Shown here: one piece after another, positions 53,444-64,000 of the stretch
How the letters are laid out: each line of letters opens with the position of its first letter
Numbering within the stretch: position 1 is the stretch's first letter
DNA from: Octopus bimaculoides
Lineage: Eukaryota
Length of the DNA stretch: 64,000 nt
Reading direction: 5' to 3'
Assembly (NCBI RefSeq): GCF_001194135.2
Contig: NC_068982.1
Location: 129,234,105-129,298,104, forward strand
Notes under the pieces: generated by a model
Database searches by the model: none
Told to the model about the DNA's origin: nothing
The model's input: only the letters and a program-made list of their open reading frames with translations
Program-made: the position numbers and the translations under genes

Positions 53444-53870
53444 CAGGTCGTCGTCAACTTAGGACCGATCGACTTTACGACGATTGGCGCGCCAGCTCCC
53501 GGCAGCAATAATAGACAGTCCAGTTGCGATCTAATGGGTTTAATTTCTTAGAAATTAACCCGTCTACGGATGATGTCAGCTAGCAAACGCTTTCCCTAGG
53601 TTTGGTTATCGATCGCCACAGTGTTGGATGACTATCTTGTCGCAGAGACATCGAAGTAACCTCATACTTGTTTATGAGACGACTGCTTGAGACTCCGAAA
53701 TTTTTTAATAACGTCATTATAATAGTATAATACAGAATGCTGTGTGTGACTTTTACCTGAGAATATACCTTTAAAATGTAAAAATATAAAACAAAGCTAT
53801 GTAAGCCTTATAGGTCGACTTACGACCTGTCAGTCGGAACCAATTGCGGTCGTAAGTTGACGACGACCTG
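53444..53870. mobile_element. Tc1/mariner-superfamily (pogo/Tigger-like) MITE
   Basis: TA TSDs 53442-53443 and 53871-53872. 24-bp TIRs CAGGTCGTCGTCAACTTA(G/C)GACCG with 1 mismatch. CpG-rich interior. Confidence 0.9.
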
Positions 53871-54419
53871 TATTACATTAAGTATCAACATATATACTCG
53901 TAACATTACCCTAGTTAATATATAAACATCATAATCATTGTTTTAACGTCCACCTATGCTGTTCGTTAGCGGAGATATGTTTAATTTACTTCTTTTTGAT
54001 ATTAGTTTCAGTAATGAGGCAGCGAACTGACAGAATCGTTAGCACGCCCAGTGAAATGCTTAGCATCTTTTCGTCCGTCTTCCCGTTTTAAGTCCTTTCA
54101 GGGTAGTGGGATTGATGTAATCGACTTACAACCTTCCCCCGAAACTTTCCTTGCGAAATGTGCCAGCAATTTTTAATGATTTACTGCAGGTGATGAAATC
54201 AAGAATATTGCTAGCCACTGACCTAGAGAAAAGAAACCAATATTTACATAAAGTTCGCAAAGTGGAATTAATTATTTTTCCTGTAAAATGATTTATTCCA
54301 CGTTGCTTAGATTTTGTACGAAGCAGACGACACAGACTATTGCTTGTTCACCTGAATTGGACTGCTTTTCTTTTCTTTTGTTTTCCGACGGTGGAGATTG
54401 TTAAGACAGAAAACTATTG

Positions 54420-54815
54420 AGGCACAGGCGTGGCTGTGTGGTAAGAAGCTTGTTTCCCAATCACATGCTTCCGAGTTCAGTACCACGATGTGACACCTTG
54501 AGCAAGTGTCTTCAACTATAACCTCAAGCCATCCACAGCCTTGTGAGTGGGTTTGGTAGACAGAAACAGGAAGAAGCCCGTCGTACATATATATATGTGT
54601 ATGTGTTTGTCCCCCCGCCATCGCTTGACAACTGATGCCAGTGTGTCTACATTCCCGTAACTTAGCGGTTCAGCAAAAGAAACCGATAGAATAAGTACTA
54701 AGCTTTGAAGAAAAATCCTGGGGTCCACTTGTTCCACTAGAAGAAAAAAACCCTTCGAGGCGGTGCTCCAGCATGGCCGCAGTCAAATGACTGAAACAGG
54801 TAAAAGAATAAAAGA
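54420..54815 (+). mobile_element. Full-length tRNA-derived SINE (same family as 18928-19333)
   Basis: Same head, core and ATGACTGAAAC..TAAAAGAATAAAAG tail. Confidence 0.85.
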
Positions 54816-55478
54816 TTATATGTTTTACTCACTAGTTCGATATCTTGATACTCTGGGGTTCAAAAATTCATCCACATCAAATTTGTTTCCACGTCTCTGA
54901 CATTGACAAAATTATATAATTGATACACAAATTTTGACTCAACCAACTGCGTCTTTCCTTTCAGCCTCCTAAATCTGATAGAATAAGTACTAATCAAATA
55001 CTAGGGTCGCTATAATCAATTAAACTCTTGAACGTGATGCCCCACCAAATCAATAACAGAACAAAAGTAAGTCCGATTGTATTAATTTTTATTACCATTT
55101 CCGTTTCCAGTCTTAATTACAAACATATTGATCAATCAGTGTGTGTGGCATTTGAATATACGCCTCTTTTTTTCTTTTTTACATTGAATTTTGTTTGCCG
55201 ACTGCATTCGGCTCGTACCAGCCAATATTTAGAAAAGTACCTTTAGATGGCCATCATTGAAATTAGTTACTAAAAATACTCTTCCATATCATGCATGAAT
55301 CAGAAAGCGCTCAAGTATTTAATACTTTTGCTATTAAACGAAAATTTCATCGGAGATATGAAAAAAATATAAATATTAATTAATGTTGGACCTTGAATAG
55401 AAAAGAAGAACGAAAAATATTGAACTAATTAGAAAATAATGAAAATAACCTTGATGGACGAACATATTCAGTTTCAAC

Positions 55479-55515
<37 letters not shown>

Positions 55516-56136
55516 GGTCATCAGTTTTGAATAAGTCCATTTAAAATAATAAATTGCTTTGTACAGTTGATATAATTCTTTTGACTGGAAACTGATGTTA
55601 GATGCAGTCTACTTCTTGGAATTTAGTCCCGATTTCTTACCTGATTTTATTTTTACGTTTTGCGAACAATTTCATGAATAGAATAATCGAAATGTAGATT
55701 ATAACGTATATATTACAATAAACAGTACAAATTTTAACAATTGCTGTGATGTCTATTCAGACACTCGAATACAAATATGAATAAATGTCTTTTTTTATTA
55801 TCTCTCTGTGAATAGAGATTTTTCGCTGGGTTGTTGCAGTATGTTCTGTCCACGGAAAGATGTAAGATAAAACAAAAAGGCATTTGCTTACATTTGTTCC
55901 TGTATATTAGGCTACACACCACAGCGATGGCTAACATTTTTTGTTTATCATTAAATAAACCTTACCATTTCAGATTATGCAATATACGCTGTTTAGTGCA
56001 TCATTAATTAATTATAAAGTCTACGACATTTTCTTTTTATACAAACCAAATTGGAAATAAATAAAAGACACTTCGACACAGAAATATATTTTCTGGTGTT
56101 TTAGTCAGGTTTTTAAAAAAATCAAAAGCTAACAAG

Positions 56137-56175
<39 letters not shown>

Positions 56176-56478
56176 TCTCTCTCTCTCTCTCTCCCACTCT
56201 CTCTCAAATACTAACATTCTTTCTTTATTTATTTCTCGCTGTTATTGTTCATGGAATAAAATCCATGTTTGAATTTATTTTGTTGTCATTCAGATTGGTA
56301 TCTTTTTTTCGTCTCACTCTTCCGAACCTGGTTGGGAAAAATGACATTTGAGAATAATTGGCTCGAAACATTGTTTCATACTGTCGGAAATCTCCACAAA
56401 ATATCAGTGGAAGACTTTTCTTATTACTAAAATAAGTCCTCTCTCCTTTGTCGCCATTTTAAACGTTGAACAGCCATT

Positions 56479-57642
<1,164 letters not shown>

Positions 57643-59673
57643 TCATTAGCAATATCGTATATAAATATTTTATATCTTGAAAAAAAATGAATAAATAAAG
57701 CATAAAATAGAATGTGACAATAAATAAGAAATATACATATGCAAGCATGCAAACGTACATACATATAAGCATACATCTTTACATGCATATACACATACAT
57801 ACATGCACGCATACACACAAGTACATACATACATACTCTCAAAATAATAAATTGCTATTTGAAGTTGATTCCAGATGGTCGAGTACATGTATTCTGGATG
57901 CTAATCTCGTAGACATCATCAAACTACGAGAAGAGAATAAAGTTTATATGTCTGTGCGGCCATATTGAAGTTTGAAGTCGTTAATACGATTATTGGGAAA
58001 TCATTAAGTCTCTTACAGGCTTTATATTTCATCAACTATCATAAGTCAGAATAATCTGCATCAATCCTTACTATCGGCTGGAGTTTTTTATTTGTTTTTT
58101 TCCAATTTATCCTAATTAATCCTAAATTACTACGATTGAGATTGCTCCATTTACCTGTCTAAATATCATTGTGTCTATCTATAATTAGGACTATATGTGT
58201 AACAAACCAACGAGGGTAAAATTTTCTTAGTCGCCTAAACGGTTTGGAAAACACAGCCAAATCTACCTTGATTCACATCCTACCGGCTTATAAAAGAAAA
58301 AAACACATTGGTTAATGTAGTCCTTGATGTATAAAAATATTACTGGTCATAGCCAGATTACTTTTAATCACATGGTTAACCATGCGCTATACCTGACAAA
58401 ATTTAACAAAAAATGAGTATGTGTTCTAATGATAACCTTGTACGATTTTAATCCTTAAAAATCCATTTTGCATCTTTAAGTTCATTATTTTCAAGTAACT
58501 ATTTGTATTCTTCTGTAGACATCAAATTAGCTCTTTCTTGTGTCTGTAGAACATGTCATGTAGGAAACAACATATGAACCATCGATTTGCTTCCTCCTGG
58601 TGGTATTTATGGTGGTGGAGTTTGTCATGTGGGAGACCACCCAAGAAAAACATTAACTTACTTTTTTTTCTGGAGGCATTAAACTTCCACAATTAGCCCT
58701 TTATTTATTTAGTTATTTGCAGTCCTAGGGTACAACACGCAGGGTATCATCTAAGAAGTAACGACTAGTAGGTTAAATTTCACTGTAAATCTGTTTCCAC
58801 TTGAAAGATTTACGAAATTTTATTAGCTCTAAATTTAATTTCAAATTCACCACAGATTTTAGATATGCTAATTTTATGTTAAACAAACCTTCTTGATTAT
58901 TTGAATTTCAAGAATAACAAGTTTCTTAAACCCTGGCATTCATAAAGCCGGTTAATCGGTTTCCATGGCGTATCAGTGGCTGAGATCACAACACTCTCCC
59001 TGAACGGAACACTCCTCAATTGCTGGGTTCAAAGCCAACAATTTCTGAGGGGAGGGAACAAGTCGCTTACATCAACCCCAGTACTTGTATTGTACTTTAG
59101 TTTTTTCTATTCCAATTGGATGAAGGCCAAAGTTGGCTTTCGCGGGATTTGAACTCAGAATCTGAAGAGATGCTGCAAAGCATTTTGTCCGCCGTGCTAA
59201 CGATTCTGCCAGCTTGCTGCTTGTAGAATAATAATTGGAAAACGATAATTTATATTTTTTAGATTAAAATTGTTGAAAAGCCAGTATAATCGTGGATTGA
59301 TAACATATGTAAAGAAGACTGGTTCCTCAGGTGAAAGTGGAGGATTGTTTCGAATTGGGTTTTTTGAAAAGCTATCAGCTTGGTATCATCTTACACTTTT
59401 TACGAGGAAGAAATATATACTTCCGAAATATTGAAACAAGATAGAGTGTAACTGTTGTTCGGTCTTCCTCGTGTCTATATTCACTCCAATTTCAATTTTT
59501 AGTGTTGGTTTTTGAACAATTTTCACTTTAAATATCACAAAAAGCTTCACTCAACTACAAAACGCTAATATATTTTTAGGATGTACACATTACTAAGATT
59601 CTAAAGCAGGGGTTGGCAATTTATAGTCTGTAACCCTCATTTCATCCGGTTTGCCGATTTTATTGAATATATG

Positions 59674-60055
59674 TTGTTGTTGTTGGCACTCCGTCGCTTA
59701 CGACGTCGAGGGTTCCATTTGATCCGATCAACAGAACAGCCTGCTCGTGAAATTAACGTGCAAGTGGCTGAGCTCTCCACAGACACGTGTACCCTTAACG
59801 TAGTTCTGGGAGATATTCAGCGTGACACAGTGTGACAAGGCTGACACTTTGAATTACAGGCACAACAGAAACAGGAAGAAAGAGTGAGAGAAAGTTGTGG
59901 TGAAAGAGTACAGCAGGATTCGCCACCATCCCCTGCCTGAGCCTCGTGGAGCTTTTAGGTGTTTTCGCTCAATAAACACTCACAACGCCCGGTCTGGGAA
60001 TCGAAACCGCGATCCTATTTCCGCGAGTCCGCTGCCCTAACCATTGCGCCTCCAC
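59674..60055 (-). mobile_element. tRNA(Arg)-like-derived SINE with (AAC)n tail and 12-bp TSD
   Basis: TSD ATTGAATATATG at 59662-59673 and 60056-60067. Head GTGGAGGCGCAATGGTTAGGGCAGCGGACTCGCGG...GTTTCGATTCCC. Tail GAGTGCCAACAACAAC. Reminiscent of the octopus OR SINEs (family name inferred). Confidence 0.9.
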
Positions 60056-60552
60056 ATTGAATATATGACGCTGCAAACAAAAATGCTTCGTTTTCCTTAA
60101 TTACTTTTGGTAAGTGAATGATACAATTCAGTATCGAAAAAAAAAAATCAAAGGTCTTATTTTTTACAGTGGCTTCAACTGAACCATAGTGAGAGATTCC
60201 TTCACTTGGCAAGCAAAACAAAGTTCCACCAAAATCGATATTTTAAGCAGTCAGTATTTCCACCTTTCTAAATGAAAATGAATGGGACAACAGGGACTAA
60301 TAACACATCATACACAGTCGAAATATAACTTGTATGAATAAGCGATTCTAAGAAAGGAGGGAATGATAAAAAGAAAATGGTCATTTATCCGTTGAGGAAG
60401 TACATAAAATGGCTGGTACTCCGAAGCCACAATCGCCCACATTCAGACTAATTAAATTTGTATCATATGTCATACATGGCATATATCGGTTTTTATGCCA
60501 TTAAATGTGTGGCAATTCCTTCCTGACAACAGGTTTATTTAAAATATATATA

Positions 60553-60768
60553 CGAGGGGGTGCTGAAAAGTTCCTGGGTTTGGGTAAAAGAAAATATAGG
60601 AGAATCAGTTAACTATGATTTTATTCAACGTATTCCCCTCCCAGATTTATTTATTGCACCGGTCCTTCAGTTTTTCTAAAAGTTTTTGTAAAATAACTCG
60701 GAAGATTGGGCCTCCAAACAAACTTTTCACGACATCCTTAAAGCCAGGAACTTTTCAGCACACCCTCG
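60553..60768. mobile_element. mariner-type MITE (216 bp)
   Basis: TA TSDs 60551-60552 and 60769-60770. 25-bp TIRs CGAGGG(G/T)GTGCTGAAAAGTTCCTGG with 1 mismatch. Confidence 0.92.
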
Positions 60769-61164
60769 TATGTATGTGTATATATATATATANNNNNNNN
60801 NNNNNNNNNNNNNNNNNNNNNNNNNNNNNNNNNNNNNNNNNNNNNNNNNNNNNNNNNNNNNNNNNNNNNNNNNNNNNNNNNNNNNNNNNNNNNNNNNNNN
60901 NNNNNNNNNNNNNNNNNNNNNNNNNNNNNNNNNNNNNNNNNNNNNNNNNNNNNNNNNNNNNNNNNNNNNNNNNNNNNNNNNNNNNNNNNNNNNNNNNNNN
61001 NNNNNNNNNNNNNNNNNNNNNNNNNNNNNNNNNNNNNNNNNNNNNNNNNNNNNNNNNNNNNNNNNNNNNNNNNNNNNNNNNNNNNNNNNNNNNNNNNNNN
61101 NNNNNNNNNNNNNNNNNNNNNNNNNNNNNNNNNNNNNNNNNNNNNNNNNNNNNNNATTCATATT

Positions 61165-61202
<38 letters not shown>

Positions 61203-61228
61203 CATATTTATATATATATATTCATATT

Positions 61229-61262
<34 letters not shown>

Positions 61263-62965
61263 GAGAGAGAGAGTGGGGTGTAAACACGCTGTTTCTTTGA
61301 TATAGTATGAACATGGCTTCATGGCTTCGTTTATTTGCTTTGGTTCGTGAGATATAAAAGCATTTCCAGCCCTGCCCACCTCCAAATAAGTTTGCTAACC
61401 CTTGTTCTAAAGCATCGAACTGAATGTTTGACAGCATTTAGTTTGATACTTCCTTATTCTTGATTCAAATGTTACTAGGGTCGACTTCGATATTGATCCA
61501 CCTTATGTCGATAAAATAAATTCCTGTAACCGACTGAAGCACATTCTGTCGACTTGATCTATTGCAATGTAGACAAAAGAACCTGATATTTTTTAGGGTT
61601 AAGGAGAGGAAACATATGGGAGAGTAGGCAAAAATAATATTGAATTTTCAGCCAACATTACGCATATTCGAGTCATATTTACATCTGAAATTTACTTAAG
61701 CTGCAGTTTAAAGAATTGAAGTAGGATTAGAGTGAGAAAGTCTTACAGATGTTCTTTGTCGTGACTTATAAACCACTATCATATTGCAGAACATCCGCAG
61801 ATTTGATCAACCCCGTATGTGCGCTGTCGAAGTTGATAATGCTAAAAGAGGGCATGATAGTTGTGGGAGGGATCAAATGACGACGACGCTATTGATCACT
61901 TTGTGTGGATGAACAATAAATACATATCTCTTATGTACTTCCATTTCTCCAGATTAACTATCTTGAAACCTGCAATTTTGTCTTTGACGTATAATCGTTG
62001 ACACTGCAAATCTACATCACCTGATTAAAATCACCGTGCTAAGCTGAGTTAATCCGTAGTAAACTTTCATCCCTCTTGCTTCAAATAGAACATCTGCTCT
62101 CTTTATCTTTAATCCCAGTTTACATTTAATTTTGTCTTTTGTTTGACGATTCTTTTAACTACTGAAAATATCAGAGTAAAACTCAGCACAAGGTTACTGA
62201 GCTCTCTCGTTTTCTCTTTTTTTCACACCCTCCTCTCTCTCTCTCTCTCTCTCTCTCTCAAAAGAATAAAAATTAAAAATGTAAAAAATAGGTTTTCGCC
62301 AGATTAATCATTACTGAAAAGGTTTTCATTATACATATTTTATTAATGGTGTTAAGTAGAAGCGAATTTCATTTTGTCGATATTGTTTGCGTGTCCAACA
62401 GTCAATTTTCATACAAGGAATAATTAGCCAGACAATTAACCTCATTTTCTATTTCACTGTATTTTTAACATCACAGATTTTTGCTCGCTAAATTCGTCCA
62501 AAATCTTTAGGCTGTCTCTTGTACTTAAAAGAGATATTAACGAAGAGAAGGGTGAGATTGAAGAGGGATTCGAAATCACAGAAAGGAAAATAACAAAAAT
62601 GTAACTGAGACAGAAAGAGAGAGACAGAGGGAAGGAGAGAGAGGGCAAAGGAGAAATGGGGGGAATATATGTGCACGTGAACATCATCGATAGCGGATCT
62701 TTATTAGATCATTTAATTAGTGTAATTAGTACTTATTAATATAACTTTCGAAATCAACTTCAATCAATGAATCGGAGTGTCTTACAAAGTGATTAAAGTG
62801 ACGAATTTGCAGAGTCGTTAGAGCATCGGGTAAATTGCTTTGAGTTATTCTTTTTGGCTCTCAGCATTAAGAAGTCAAATACTACAGAGGCCAACTGTGT
62901 CGTTTCTTCTTTCGTGGTCGATAAAGAAAGTACCAGTTCTATGCTGGGATAGATTCTTTTCTCTT

Positions 62966-63038
<73 letters not shown>

Positions 63039-63648
63039 CCCTCTACTCTCTGGAAGAAATCAGCTGCAGCAAAACCTAGAAAGGGATGCGTTCCACTAGT
63101 TCTAAAAAATGTCAAGACAAGCCGCATGTCATGACGGCGCTCCAACGACTCCGCCAGGAATTGAACACCCTAAGGCAATGCAAAGCAAGCAAAATGCTTG
63201 CGTCGTAGATTAGAAAACCGATAAAGTAAAATTAAGATAATACGAAAAAAACCATTGGGAAAACCTGGCACATGTAGTCATTAAGAGCTAATGAGGCGCA
63301 TAGATTTTTCTAAAAATTAAGCTGTTATGAAATTCATGTCAACGACCTAATAAATAAGTGGATTACAAGTCTTAGTCGAAAAATATATGTAAGTTCCTGG
63401 TTCGAATCCAGTCTGGTATGAGACGGCAATATTAGTTGCTAATTTAGATACAGGATTAGCATTTTGAGGGGATGGGGCTGGTCGATACCCTCGATTCCAG
63501 TTCTTAACTGGTAATTTAGGATCTTTTTTAAAACGGGGGACACATTTTTCATTAACGAAACACTTTGAAACTTGGAACACTGGTAGAATGTGTCATATAA
63601 AACATCTTTTTCTCTTAGTCTTCTTAAAAAAAAAAAGAAATCCCTAAG

Positions 63649-63955
63649 TTATTCCATGCTAAAGTTGTCGTATTTCTGTAATTTCAACCAATCACTGACG
63701 TCCATTCAGCCGATATACATTAAGTGCCGACTACATAAACAAACGATTCTGAAACAATTCTATCGGTGATAAGGTTAGGGTTAGGGTTAGGGTAAAACAG
63801 CAAATTTAAAATGAAAAAAGCAAATAAAACGAAGGTATGGAGATTAAATACGCTATACATCGCTTAATCAGCCAAAGGAGTAAATGTAAACAACTGAATA
63901 CTTGTCAGTGATTGGTTGAAATTATCGAAATAAGACAATTTTTTACATGAAATAA
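63649..63955. mobile_element. MITE-like element with ~60-bp imperfect TIRs and internal (TTAGGG)3
   Basis: 63649-63709 (…ATTTCAACCAATCACTGAC…) pairs with 63894-63955 (…GTCAGTGATTGGTTGAAAT…). TTAGGG x3 at 63775-63792. No clear TSD. Confidence 0.7.
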
Positions 63956-64000
63956 ATTCGAATACAAAAATATTTTTCTGTTCTATAACACAAAATAGAT

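Noticed and set aside
63775-63792. Telomere or chromosome end
   Set aside because: Only three repeats, embedded inside a TIR element.

Overview
AT-rich, repeat-dense, gapped animal genomic DNA, not prokaryotic. The SINE/LINE repertoire and microsatellites point to a cephalopod, probably Octopus (inference). Three protein-coding genes are supported. (1) CUTA on the - strand: one coding exon at 8790-9208 preceded by a splice acceptor, so its 5' exon lies upstream and is unresolved. (2) A complete 9-exon FBXW4/dactylin orthologue on the + strand (33740-50660, 412 aa, every junction GT-AG and phase-consistent). (3) The large terminal exon of an alpha-tubulin on the - strand (56479-57608), convergent with FBXW4; its 5' exons were not found in the window. 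The rest is mobile DNA: Penelope fragments, RTE LINEs with a Cys/His finger after the RT core, tRNA-derived SINEs (two with intact TSDs), an internally deleted piggyBac, Tc1/mariner-pogo MITEs and a long-TIR element with an 8-bp TSD. The most unusual structures are three long intronic fold-back hairpins, a CpG pattern that tracks gene bodies, and a possible bidirectional FBXW4/CUTA promoter. No CRISPR array, rRNA or true tRNA was seen. Almost all short ORFs in the supplied track are repeat-derived or span N-gaps.
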